From positions 66,507 to 130,506 of the forward strand of contig WTWZ01000004.1 in assembly GCA_009773765.1 (NCBI GenBank): DNA of 64,000 nucleotides, given 5' to 3'. Both the position numbers and the translations under genes were made by a program. A model generated the notes under the pieces. That model was not told where the DNA came from and ran no database searches. It saw nothing but the letters and a program-made list of their open reading frames with translations. The stretch comes from Prolixibacteraceae bacterium. GTDB taxonomy: Bacteria; Bacteroidota; Bacteroidia; Bacteroidales; Prolixibacteraceae. This document shows, in pieces, positions 11,125-20,295 of this stretch; the first letter of the stretch is position 1, and every line of letters begins with the position of its first letter.

Positions 11125-13230
11125 TTATCCGAGGGTGAGAAGCACTGTTTGTCCTTTTTGATATTTATTTCCGGGAGTTAACGACTGTTTTTTAACCTTC
11201 CCAATTCCGGTTATCCGCACCTGCAAACCTGCATTCTCCATTAAATAGATAGCGCTTCTTGCTCCCATTCCCTGCACATTTGGTACAATGCCATTATGAA
11301 TTTCAACCCCGGTGAGCCTGACAATATCCTCGTCAACTTCAATATTTGACCACTGCGAGTCGGGATCGCCCTTGATGTGCTTTAGTTTTAAGGTGCTGAT
11401 TACCTCCTGTAAATCTTCTGTCTGGCCCTTTTTTATATCGGGTGTCACCAGTTTTTGATTGTCATCGTCAATTTCAGGCTCTCCTGTCAGCATCTGAAAG
11501 GCATAAACCCTCTCTGCTATTTCTCTAAAAACCGGACCAGCCACGGAGGCGCCGTAATAACCGCCACGCGGATTATTGAAGGTTACAATTAACGAATATT
11601 TTGGGTCGTCAGCCGGAAAATAACCTGCAAACGAAGCCAGGTACATTCCTTCGCTGTACCCCGCGCTGCTTGTTGCAACCCGGGCAGTCCCAGTTTTTCC
11701 GGCCACGTTGAAATATTCGCTGTTCACCGATTTCCCTGTACCGTAAAGGCAAACACCTTCGAGCATTGACTGCGCCTTTTTAATGGTTTCCCTTGATGCA
11801 ATCATCGGGTTAATTACTTCGGTTTTGTACTTTTTCACCAAAGCGCCATTTTCCCTTACTTCCCTCACCAAATGCGGTTTCACCATTTTACCGTTGTTGG
11901 CAACAGCATTATAAAAATTGAGCACCTGCAAAGGGGTCATTTTTGTTTCGTATCCGTATGACATGCCTGCAAGTGTTGTTCCCCACCAATCAGCATCGCC
12001 CGGATATTTAAAATAAGGTTGGCCTTCGCCAATTATGTCGAGGCCAAGGGGTTTATTTATTCCAAAACTATAAACCCGGTCAACATATTTCTTTGGATTT
12101 TTTTCGTAAAATGTGGTTATTATTTTGGCAATGCCCACATTCGAAGATTTTTCAAAAATCTGCTTAACAGTAAGAGGGCCGTATCCGTGGGTATCCGAAA
12201 TTTTTCTTCCGTTTTTAAACCACTGCCCGTTGCCCGTATCGAAAACATCGGTAGTATCAACCACCCCATCTTCGAGCGCAACCATTAGCGAAACCAGTTT
12301 AAATGTTGAACCGGGCTCATAACAACCACGTGGCCCAAGCGCAAAATTGTCGGTTTCAAAATAGTCGCCATCGCGTTTCCCCAAATTGGCAATGGCTTTA
12401 ATTTCTCCGGTTTTTACTTCCATCAGTATGGCAGTTGCCCAATCGGCATTGGCCTTTTGCAACTGTCTGTACAAAGCGCTTTCGGTAATATCCTGCATTT
12501 TTACATTGATGGTGGTAACGATGTCCATTCCATCTTCAGGTTCAATTTCAACGCGGGTCACCCATCTGCCCGAGAGGTTTTGTTTAAAACTGATTCCGTC
12601 ATTACCTTTTAAAAAGGGTTCAAAAGAACCTTCAAGGCCGGTGTAGCCAATTGCCCCATGCACCCCTCCATAAGCACCTTTGTTTAAACCGCCAAGGGTG
12701 CGCAACGCAAGCATACCGAGCGGATTAACCCTACGGTTTTCCTGTTCAATAATTAGTCCTCCGCCGTAACGCCCCTTTTTCAGTATTGGAAATTTTTTTA
12801 TTTGCTGAAGTTCGGTATAATCAATTCTGCGCGGGGTAAGCATGTACCCGCGGTTTTTGTTTTTATAGGCTTCGTTCAGCCGCCGGTTCATTTCAGCATG
12901 GGAGGCGTTGCCAAAAAACCGGGAAAGATAATAAGCCAGTGAATCGCTTTCATGGTTATATACTTTCCGCACCCCTTCAGAAGCCATGTCGATACGAACG
13001 AAATAACCTGGAACCGAGGTAGCCAAAACACTGCCATCATCGGCACAGATATTTCCCCGATTGGGGCTAACAATAATGGTATTTTCGCTTAAATTATGCT
13101 GAATTTCTTCCCAACGGTCGTTCTTAATCTTCTGAACCGAGACCATTTTAACTATTACCACTATGGCGAAAACCAACAGTGCAAAATAGATTAATGTTAT
13201 ACGCGTTAATATTACTCTGCGAATTTCCAC
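11125..13230 (-). CDS. ftsI: Class B penicillin-binding protein (division transpeptidase, FtsI/PBP3-like)
   Basis: 701 aa with an N-terminal TM anchor and transpeptidase motifs STFK (EPGSTFKL), SSN (EKSSNVG) and KTG (AGKTGTA). It ends in a PASTA-like tail and sits in the dcw slot after ftsL. Confidence 0.9.
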   Translation of the reverse strand: MEIRRVILTRITLIYFALLVFAIVVIVKMVSVQKIKNDRWEEIQHNLSENTIIVSPNRGNICADDGSVLATSVPGYFVRIDMASEGVRKVYNHESDSLAYYLSRFFGNASHAEMNRRLNEAYKNKNRGYMLTPRRIDYTELQQIKKFPILKKGRYGGGLIIEQENRRVNPLGMLALRTLGGLNKGAYGGVHGAIGYTGLEGSFEPFLKGNDGISFKQNLSGRWVTRVEIEPEDGMDIVTTINVKMQDITESALYRQLQKANADWATAILMEVKTGEIKAIANLGKRDGDYFETDNFALGPRGCYEPGSTFKLVSLMVALEDGVVDTTDVFDTGNGQWFKNGRKISDTHGYGPLTVKQIFEKSSNVGIAKIITTFYEKNPKKYVDRVYSFGINKPLGLDIIGEGQPYFKYPGDADWWGTTLAGMSYGYETKMTPLQVLNFYNAVANNGKMVKPHLVREVRENGALVKKYKTEVINPMIASRETIKKAQSMLEGVCLYGTGKSVNSEYFNVAGKTGTARVATSSAGYSEGMYLASFAGYFPADDPKYSLIVTFNNPRGGYYGASVAGPVFREIAERVYAFQMLTGEPEIDDDNQKLVTPDIKKGQTEDLQEVISTLKLKHIKGDPDSQWSNIEVDEDIVRLTGVEIHNGIVPNVQGMGARSAIYLMENAGLQVRITGIGKVKKQSLTPGNKYQKGQTVLLTLG

Positions 13231-13601
13231 GATAATTTATTTTTTTTCACCACCAATTTTTGAGGAGGTTTCACCGGCACATGTAAATCAATATTTGCGT
13301 TTTCAACTTTTTTTGCAATTTCCGACGGACGGCTTGAGTTCATGAGCTTTGCAGATAGTGTAATTGACTCTGAACGTAGTTCGTCCAACGTGTTTTGAAG
13401 TATTTCAACCTTTCTGATTGTGCGCTCAGACCAGTTGCGGTTGGTAATAATGAGAATAGCCAGAAAAGCCAGAAAAATCAAAAATGGGATTTGTCTGGTT
13501 ACCCGTTCATCGGTTAAAATGGTGCCGCCAATAAACGATTTCACCCCTGGTGACTTTTTGCTGTTTTTTTTACTTTCCGACATATCAGATTTTTTCTGCA
13601 A
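13212..13601 (-). CDS. FtsL-like small bitopic division protein
   Basis: 129 aa with a basic N-terminus, a single TM helix (IPFLIFLAFLAILIIT) and a coiled-coil-like tail. It occupies the conserved slot between rsmH and ftsI. An alternative ATG at 13583 would remove the overlap with rsmH. Confidence 0.65.
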   Translation of the reverse strand: MQKKSDMSESKKNSKKSPGVKSFIGGTILTDERVTRQIPFLIFLAFLAILIITNRNWSERTIRKVEILQNTLDELRSESITLSAKLMNSSRPSEIAKKVENANIDLHVPVKPPQKLVVKKNKLSWKFAE

Positions 13602-14487
13602 TTCTTAGTTTGGCGCTTCTCGACCGGCTGTTGGTTTTTATTTCTTCCCCACCGGGTGTGATTACTTTTTTGTTTACCATTTTAAAAGGTGAGGAAACAT
13701 TCCCGAAAAAATCTTTTTGCACCTTCCCTTCAAAATTTCCGGTTTTCATGAAATTTTTACAAAGCCTGTCTTCCAAACTGTGATAAGTGATTACAACCAA
13801 CCTTCCTCCCGGTTTTAACAACTTCAGCGATGCTTCCATGAACTCCTTCAAAGCATCCAATTCATCGTTCACTTCAATTCTCAGCGCCTGAAAAACCTGG
13901 GCGAGGTATTTATTTTCGATGGCGCGCGGCGCGCATCCAGCAACGATTTCCTTTAGGTGGGTAGTAGTTTTAATGCGCGATTCATTTCGCTTTTTGCAGA
14001 TTACAGCCGCGAGTTGCCGCGAGTTATGTATTTCTCCAAACTTCCTGAAAACCTGCCCCAACTGCTCTCCCGAATATTCATTTATAATTTTACCGGCGTC
14101 GGTTTTGGCGTTTTGGTTCATTCGCATATCCAGATTTCCTTCGAACCGGAACGAAAACCCGCGGCCGGGCACATCGAAATCGTGGGAGGAAACTCCCAAA
14201 TCGGCAAAAATGGCGTCAACCTTTTCAACGCCGTAATAGTTCAGAAAATTTTTGATGTATCGGAAATTGTGCCTGATAAAGTAAAGTTTTTTGTCATTTA
14301 TGGCATTTTGAGCAGCATCTTCATCCTGATCGAAAGCAAAAAGCCTGCCCTCTGTAATCTTTTCAAGAATGAGCCTTGAATGACCGCCGCCCCCGAAGGT
14401 TGCGTCCACTACATCGGCGTTGGGCAATAAATTCATGCCTTCAATGCTTTCCGCTGCCAAAACTGGTATATGATAAATTTGGGCCAT
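13585..14487 (-). CDS. rsmH: 16S rRNA (cytosine1402-N4)-methyltransferase RsmH/MraW
   Basis: 300 aa containing HIPVL, DATFGGGGHS and ITYHSLEDR motifs. Confidence 0.95.
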   Translation of the reverse strand: MAQIYHIPVLAAESIEGMNLLPNADVVDATFGGGGHSRLILEKITEGRLFAFDQDEDAAQNAINDKKLYFIRHNFRYIKNFLNYYGVEKVDAIFADLGVSSHDFDVPGRGFSFRFEGNLDMRMNQNAKTDAGKIINEYSGEQLGQVFRKFGEIHNSRQLAAVICKKRNESRIKTTTHLKEIVAGCAPRAIENKYLAQVFQALRIEVNDELDALKEFMEASLKLLKPGGRLVVITYHSLEDRLCKNFMKTGNFEGKVQKDFFGNVSSPFKMVNKKVITPGGEEIKTNSRSRSAKLRIAEKI

Positions 14488-14492
14488 TCAGG

Positions 14493-14945
14493 TTAAACTT
14501 TTTTCTGACGTTTTTCCTTCAGTTTCATTAAAAACTCTTCCTTGCTCATTTCCTGTCTGCCGGTTTTTCCGACAGCCAGTAACCGGATAGATTCGCCCAT
14601 TCCAATAAATTCGGCGCCTTTTTCAAGATTTCCATATTTCAAATAGGCGTCCGGAATATTTAACCTTCCGTTTGGCGCCATCGACACTTTAATAAAATTC
14701 TGATAGAAGAACTGCAAAAGAGCATCATCGTCTTCGTTAAACGGATCGAGAACACTCTTAAAATCTTCCACCCGTTTTCTCCAGAATTTTTCGGGATGAA
14801 TATCAAGACATACCTTGTGCAGATTTTTTTCGATGACCAAAGATTCATTAGCCAGTTCCCCCAACTCCTTTTTAAAGGAAGCGGGAAGCACGATCCGGCC
14901 TTTGTCGTCAATGGTTGCGCTATATGTACCTGCAAATTCAATCAT
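14493..14945 (-). CDS. mraZ: Division/cell-wall cluster transcriptional regulator MraZ
   Basis: Two SpoVT/AbrB-like halves carry DxxGR-type motifs (DDKGRIVLP, APNGRLNIP). I prefer the ATG at 14945 (MIEFAGTYSATIDDKGR) over the track's upstream start at 15005, which adds a 20-aa non-homologous extension. Confidence 0.9.
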   Translation of the reverse strand: MIEFAGTYSATIDDKGRIVLPASFKKELGELANESLVIEKNLHKVCLDIHPEKFWRKRVEDFKSVLDPFNEDDDALLQFFYQNFIKVSMAPNGRLNIPDAYLKYGNLEKGAEFIGMGESIRLLAVGKTGRQEMSKEEFLMKLKEKRQKKV

Positions 14946-14985
14946 TTGTGAAATCTTCAGAATTTTTGTAGCGTAAAAATAGGAA

Positions 14986-15025
14986 TTTATTCCAAAATAT
15001 GACACTTTATTCCATTCTATTCCAC
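14986..15025 (-). promoter_or_regulatory. Candidate MraZ operator: four 10-nt-phased boxes (GTGGAATAGA / ATGGAATAAA / GTGTCATATT / TTGGAATAAA on the minus strand)
   Basis: Read directly from the sequence 41-80 nt upstream of the mraZ ATG. Three copies of TGGAAT are spaced 10 and 20 nt apart, and a degenerate copy fills the gap. Confidence 0.45.
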
Positions 15026-15290
15026 TTTAAATTAAATCTTTACGTTAAAAATTATGTTGAAAACATGTTTGCATTCTGTTGAAAACAGAACAACAATACG
15101 CAATAAAGCGTTGTATTATACTGATATATTGATATTTATAAAATTATACTTTTTTATTAACAATGGTTAATAACTCACCGTGCCAGTGAATAAAAAATAG
15201 TAATATCAAACATTTGAGATGAGTTTAAAGAGCGATGTTTATTGATTTCAATACTAAGAATTTAGTGAAGCGTTTAGCCATATTTGAATT

Positions 15291-16178
15291 ATGGGTATTT
15301 TTTACTTAATTGCCACAAAATTAAGATTAGTGGAAGAAACCATTGAAAATACCTTTAAGCCCATCAATATCAGAGAATTATTCTTAATAAAAAATCCAGG
15401 TTTGTCCAGATTTATGCCTGGGTTTGTGTTCCGTTTCATCCATAATTTATTGCACATCGACTTTATCAATGATTTTATCGCCCGAAACGGGCACTTGAAA
15501 GGAATTGCATTTGTCGATCAGGCTGTAGCCGAGTTTAACGTTAAGGAACACATTTACGGCCTTGAAAATATTCCTGAATCGGGCCGGTTTATTTTTGCCA
15601 GCAACCATCCGTTGGGTGGTTTCGATTCGTTGTTACTCATGAAATATGTGAACAAAAAACTGGGCAATGTGAAGTTTTTAAGCAATGATGTTTTAATGGG
15701 AATTCCTAGTTTGAGCTATATGTTTATACCCGTAAACAAACAAGGTACCAACAGCAGGGAAGTGGCGCTCGCCCTTGACAATGCCTATGGTTCCGGTGAA
15801 CAGATCCTGATTTTTCCATCGGGACTGGCCTCGCGCAGAATTAAGGGAAAAATTACCGATTTGGAGTGGAAAAAACACTTCATAACAAAAGCGATCAAAT
15901 ATCAGCGCGATGTTGTCCCTGTTTTTATTGGCGGGCGCAATTCCGACAGGTTTTACATGATGGCCAATATCAGAAAATTCCTACGCTTGAATTGGAATTT
16001 AGAAATGTTTCTACTTCCTGACGAATTGATGAGACATAAAAACGCAGATATTCCTGTTTATTTTGGAAAACCAATTTCGTTTGAAACCTTCGAAAAATCA
16101 AAAACTCATTTGGAATGGGCAGAATGGGTAAAACAGCAGGTGTATAAATTACCCGGACAATTTCACACTATAAATTAA
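15291..16178 (+). CDS. Lysophospholipid/1-acyl-glycerol-3-phosphate-type O-acyltransferase (GlsA-like, lipoamino-acid O-acylation)
   Basis: 295 aa with acyltransferase blocks FASNHPLGGFDS and IFPSGLASR. It is followed 78 nt later by an OlsB-like N-acyltransferase, which is the two-gene arrangement described for glycine-lipid synthesis in Bacteroides. Confidence 0.75.
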   Translation: MGIFYLIATKLRLVEETIENTFKPINIRELFLIKNPGLSRFMPGFVFRFIHNLLHIDFINDFIARNGHLKGIAFVDQAVAEFNVKEHIYGLENIPESGRFIFASNHPLGGFDSLLLMKYVNKKLGNVKFLSNDVLMGIPSLSYMFIPVNKQGTNSREVALALDNAYGSGEQILIFPSGLASRRIKGKITDLEWKKHFITKAIKYQRDVVPVFIGGRNSDRFYMMANIRKFLRLNWNLEMFLLPDELMRHKNADIPVYFGKPISFETFEKSKTHLEWAEWVKQQVYKLPGQFHTIN

Positions 16179-16255
16179 TATCAAAACATAAACATGCCAA
16201 AACAGGAATTTTTCTAATTTTGCTTTCTGTTTTTTCAAAAAAATATTAAACCTAA

Positions 16256-17215
16256 ATGAAAAACATAATTGAACCTCTGCCGAGGAATGAGATTTATGCA
16301 GAACTGACCCCCGACAAATTACTAAGAAAAACAAATAAAGGCGGCAACGAAATTTATGTTGTAACCCACCACGATTCGCCTGCATTAATGCACGAAATAG
16401 GGAGGTTACGTGAAATCACCTTTCGCGATGCAGGTGGGGGCACGGGAGAAGAAACAGACATTGACATTTACGATACTGCAGAATCGCCATATAAACAGCT
16501 TATTGTCTGGGATCCTGATGCGAGGGAGATTTTAGGCGGCTACAGGTATATTCTTTGTGCCGAAGCGCCAAAAGATGAACATGGACACGTTCAACTTGCA
16601 ACTTCGCACCTTTTTGATTTTTCTCAGAGATTTATTGATGAATATCTTCCTTATTCCCTTGAATTGGGCAGATCGTTTGTTCAACCTGAATACCAATCGA
16701 GCAAAGCAGGCGCAAAAGCGCTTTTTGCACTCGACAATTTATGGGACGGGCTTGGAGCTTTAACAGTAGATCATCCCGAAATCAGGTATTTTTTTGGAAA
16801 AGTTACCATGTACACCCATTTTCATAATGAGGCCAGAAATTTAATTCAGTATTTCTTTAAGAAATATTTCAGGGACAAGGAAAACCTTGTTTATCCAAAA
16901 GAACCGGTTGAATTTGATATGGACATGAAAGCCATGGAAAAACTTTTTTGCGGTGAAAATTACAAGGAAGACTATAAAATTTTATTGCAATCGGTACGGC
17001 AGTATGGAGAAAATGTACCACCCCTGATAAATGCCTACATGAACCTCTCGCCATCGATGAAAACATTTGGCACATCGGCAAACCGGGAGTTTGGCGAGGT
17101 ACTGGAAACCGGTATTATTGTTACCATTGAAGATATTTACAGTTTTAAAGTTGACCGCCATATTGAGACCTACATTAAGGATAAAGAAACGAGCGAATGG
17201 CCCGAACCCAAATAA
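16256..17215 (+). CDS. GNAT-family N-acyltransferase (OlsB/'hemolysin'-like; GlsB-like amino-acid N-acyltransferase)
   Basis: 319 aa. The N-terminal block GRLREITFRDAGGGTGEE and the overall length match my recollection of OlsB-like lipoamino-acid N-acyltransferases. It is adjacent to a PlsC-type acyltransferase. Confidence 0.7.
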   Translation: MKNIIEPLPRNEIYAELTPDKLLRKTNKGGNEIYVVTHHDSPALMHEIGRLREITFRDAGGGTGEETDIDIYDTAESPYKQLIVWDPDAREILGGYRYILCAEAPKDEHGHVQLATSHLFDFSQRFIDEYLPYSLELGRSFVQPEYQSSKAGAKALFALDNLWDGLGALTVDHPEIRYFFGKVTMYTHFHNEARNLIQYFFKKYFRDKENLVYPKEPVEFDMDMKAMEKLFCGENYKEDYKILLQSVRQYGENVPPLINAYMNLSPSMKTFGTSANREFGEVLETGIIVTIEDIYSFKVDRHIETYIKDKETSEWPEPK

Positions 17216-17221
17216 TACAAC

Positions 17222-17914
17222 ATGAATTTTTATTCTGATTTTCCAAAAATCCTGGTTGCTGTTGACGCCATAATTTTTGGTTTCAACGAAAATGAACATG
17301 AGTTAAAGTTATTGCTTCTAAAGCGCCAGTTTGCACCTGAAAAGGGCAATTGGTCGTTGATGGGCGGATTTATTGATCCCGAAGAAAGTCTCGACAATGC
17401 TGCCCAAAGAATTGTTAAAAAACTTACAGGCCTCGATCAGGTTTATATGGAACAGCTTTATGCTTTTGGCGATGTGAACCGCGACGCTGGTGGCCGCATA
17501 ATTTCAGTAGCATACTTTTCGCTTATTAAAATTAACGAACACGACAGTGAACTGGTAAAAAAATACGGGGCTTCCTGGATTACGATTTCTGAACTCCCCA
17601 AATTAATTTTCGACCATGAGGAAATGGTAAAAAGGGCTATGAGAAAACTACGGATTCGGGCACGCACTCAACCCATTGGTTTTGAACTTCTTCCAAATAA
17701 ATTTACTATTCCACAACTTCAGCGTTTGTATGAAGCAATTTACCAGGTTCCTTTTGACAAAAGAAATTTCAGAAGAAAACTGCTGGCAATGGGATTATTG
17801 GAAAAGTTAGACGAAAAAGAAAAGGAAACCTCTAAAAAAGGCGCTTTCTATTATCAGTTCAACAAAACAAAATACGGGGAACTCCTCGAAAAAGGGTTAA
17901 ATTTTGATTTATAG
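17222..17914 (+). CDS. Nudix-domain/winged-helix regulator (NrtR-like), Nudix box degenerate
   Basis: 230 aa. The Nudix box position reads GGFIDPEESLDNAAQRIVKKLTG, so the REUxEE glutamates are replaced. The C-terminal segment IPQLQRLYEAIYQVPFDKRNFRRKLLAMGLL resembles the wHTH of NrtR-type regulators. Confidence 0.7.
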   Translation: MNFYSDFPKILVAVDAIIFGFNENEHELKLLLLKRQFAPEKGNWSLMGGFIDPEESLDNAAQRIVKKLTGLDQVYMEQLYAFGDVNRDAGGRIISVAYFSLIKINEHDSELVKKYGASWITISELPKLIFDHEEMVKRAMRKLRIRARTQPIGFELLPNKFTIPQLQRLYEAIYQVPFDKRNFRRKLLAMGLLEKLDEKEKETSKKGAFYYQFNKTKYGELLEKGLNFDL

Positions 17915-17939
17915 CCTATTTTGATTTTAAAACTTCGGG

Positions 17940-19838
17940 CTAATATGCCCTCTGATCTTTACCTTCAATAAAATTGATAAATGAACTGTTCACCACCCTA
18001 TTACCGCCCGGAGTTGGATAGTTGCCTGTAAAATACCAGTCGCCTAAATCGTTGGGGCAGGCTTTGCGCAAATTCTCAACCGTTTGATATACAATTTCCA
18101 CTTCAGCATTACAATCTTCAGGCTTCAGTAATTCTGCAATTTTAGCCGAAATTTGCTCAACAGTAAAGTTCTGATAAATCTCCTGCACATAATTTACAAT
18201 TTCTTCCTTTGGCAAATTTTCCTGTTGTTTGCAACGGTTATAAACTTTATCGATGATGGCCTGCTGACCGGTTTCCCGTAAAAGTTCTATTGCAGCATTA
18301 AACGCTATAAATTTATCGAGGCGTGCCATATCAATTCCGTAACAGTCGGGGTAACGGATTTGCGGCGCGGAGGAAACAACAATTATTTTTTTGGGATGTA
18401 ACCTGTCAAGAATTCGTAAAATACTGTTTTTGAGAGTTGTTCCGCGAACTATTGAATCATCAATAATCACTAACGTATCTACATCGTTATTTATAATTCC
18501 GTATGTTACGTCGTAAACATGTGCCACCAAATCTTCGCGGCTGGCGTCGTCGGCTATAAAAGTGCGAAGTTTTACGTCTTTTATGGCAATTTTCTCAACC
18601 CGTGGTTCGAATGAAATGATTCGTTTAATTTCTTCATTGGTTAACGAACCGTTTTTCCTTTTTATTTCCTCTATTTTCCAATCCACCAAATAACGCCTGA
18701 TCCCTTCAACCAATCCGTAAAATGCTGTTTCTGAAGTATTTGGTATGTATGAAAACACCGTATTTTCAAAATCAAAATTGATGGCTTTTAAAACAGCAGG
18801 GCATATTAAATTACCAAGTTCCTTTCGTTCCTTATAAATGTCTTTATCGCTTCCCCTCGAGAAATAAATGCGCTCGAACGAGCACGAAGTTCTTTTATGT
18901 GGAACCCGAATCAGTTCTTTACTGATGCGGCCATCTTTTTTTATAATCAGGGCCTCTCCCGGGTTTATTTCTTTTACCTCACCCACCCGAACATTCATAA
19001 CCGTTTGGATAACAGGCCTCTCAGATGCCACTACCACAATTTCATCATCGCAATAATAATGGGCAGGCCTGATTCCCCATGGATCGCGAACAACAAAAGC
19101 ATCGCCATGGCCAATTAGCCCGGCTATGGTGTAACCGCCATCCCAGTCTTTTGTAGCCCTTTCCAAAATATTCAGAATATCGAGGTTTTCCTCTATTTTA
19201 TGAGATATTTTATCGTTACTAAGTCCCTCGTTTTTATATTTCCTGAATAAATGCTGGTTTTCCTCATCGAGGAAATGGCCTACTTTTTCGAGAGCAGTAA
19301 CAGTGTCAGTGTATGCCTTTGGATGCTGGCCCAAATCTACCAAAACCCTGAAAAGCTCGTCGGTATTGGTAAGGTTAAAGTTTCCGGCAAGTACCAGGTT
19401 TCTGGATTTCCAGTTGTTTTGGCGCATTACCGGATGCACCAAATCGATGCTGTTTTTTCCAAAAGTGCCATACCTTAAATGCCCCAGATAAAGTTCTCCG
19501 GCAAACGAAAAATTTTGATATGCCCAATGGGTATTTTCAATATCAATTCTGTCCCACAGTGCTTTTTGCAGGGGTTCGTTCATTTGGTCGAAAACATCTT
19601 TAATGGGATTTTCCTTTACTGATCGGAAACGACTGATGTATGCGCTTCCCGGGGCTAAATTATTTTTTACACAAACAGCTCCGGCGCCGTCCTGTCCGCG
19701 GTTATGCTGTTTTTCCATGAGCAGGTACAATTTGTTTAACCCATATTTCCATGTGCCATATTTTTCAGCATACCACGATAATGGCTTTAACAACCTAATT
19801 AAAGCAATTCCACACTCATGCTTTATTTGGTCACTCAT
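17940..19838 (-). CDS. purF: Amidophosphoribosyltransferase (long Bacteroidota-type PurF)
   Basis: Ntn-amidotransferase start MSDQIKHECGIALIRL, with the nucleophile Cys after a short propeptide, plus a PRTase motif LVIIDDSIVRGTT. I prefer the ATG at 19838 over the track start at 19883. Confidence 0.9.
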   Translation of the reverse strand: MSDQIKHECGIALIRLLKPLSWYAEKYGTWKYGLNKLYLLMEKQHNRGQDGAGAVCVKNNLAPGSAYISRFRSVKENPIKDVFDQMNEPLQKALWDRIDIENTHWAYQNFSFAGELYLGHLRYGTFGKNSIDLVHPVMRQNNWKSRNLVLAGNFNLTNTDELFRVLVDLGQHPKAYTDTVTALEKVGHFLDEENQHLFRKYKNEGLSNDKISHKIEENLDILNILERATKDWDGGYTIAGLIGHGDAFVVRDPWGIRPAHYYCDDEIVVVASERPVIQTVMNVRVGEVKEINPGEALIIKKDGRISKELIRVPHKRTSCSFERIYFSRGSDKDIYKERKELGNLICPAVLKAINFDFENTVFSYIPNTSETAFYGLVEGIRRYLVDWKIEEIKRKNGSLTNEEIKRIISFEPRVEKIAIKDVKLRTFIADDASREDLVAHVYDVTYGIINNDVDTLVIIDDSIVRGTTLKNSILRILDRLHPKKIIVVSSAPQIRYPDCYGIDMARLDKFIAFNAAIELLRETGQQAIIDKVYNRCKQQENLPKEEIVNYVQEIYQNFTVEQISAKIAELLKPEDCNAEVEIVYQTVENLRKACPNDLGDWYFTGNYPTPGGNRVVNSSFINFIEGKDQRAY

Positions 19839-20295
19839 ATTGTATTGGTTTCTCCAGTGGAAAATCAATCTCGTCGGCAACAATAAATGCCACAGGAAAA
19901 TTATTTTTTATCTCGCGGTAAAGTTTCAGCGCCTCGTTTTTAGTTCTGAAATCGCCAACGCGCACCCTGAAATTGGGTGAAATATATTTTATATGTACGG
20001 CATAGTCGGGATAATCCGATAAAAATTCCTTCTTTTTCCTGATTGATTTTTCCCTGGCATCAAAATCGGAACTAAAAAAAACCTCAACCCGAAAACCTTC
20101 AATTTTATTCCTTATCCTGTTATTTTCAATGTGCCAGCCCAACATTTTATCCAAACGTGGATCCTGATTGATATTCAGGTTTTTAGTTACTTCAGGGCGA
20201 TTTGTTTTTTCATTATTTTGAGCAGGAAGATATACCTGTGCATTTAAAAGCAGATTGGTTAATAAACTTAAAAAAACTAATAATAACCGCTTCAT
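19831..20295 (-). CDS. SPOR domain-containing secreted protein
   Basis: Signal peptide MKRLLLVFLSLLTNLLLNAQ and a C-terminal SPOR-like block (GFRVEVFFSSD...NFRVRVGDFRTKNEALKL). The ATG at 20295 is preferred over the TTG at 20319. It overlaps the purF start by 8 nt. Confidence 0.75.
   Translation of the reverse strand: MKRLLLVFLSLLTNLLLNAQVYLPAQNNEKTNRPEVTKNLNINQDPRLDKMLGWHIENNRIRNKIEGFRVEVFFSSDFDAREKSIRKKKEFLSDYPDYAVHIKYISPNFRVRVGDFRTKNEALKLYREIKNNFPVAFIVADEIDFPLEKPIQYE

Noticed and set aside
14946-15005. N-terminal extensions in the ORF track (mraZ; also purF 19839-19883, ansA 35871-35924, tatD 36664-36714, lptE 42327-42431, SPOR 20296-20319, phosphoesterase 53243-53272)
   Set aside because: The internal ATGs give N-termini that match family consensus or signal peptides, and they remove implausible overlaps with upstream genes. 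The extensions look non-homologous.
1-15005. Absence of murF and ddl from the dcw cluster as an anomaly
   Set aside because: The order mraZ-rsmH-ftsL-ftsI-murE-mraY-murD-ftsW-murG-murC-ftsQ-ftsA-ftsZ, without murF or ddl, is to my knowledge the normal Bacteroidota arrangement, with those genes encoded elsewhere.
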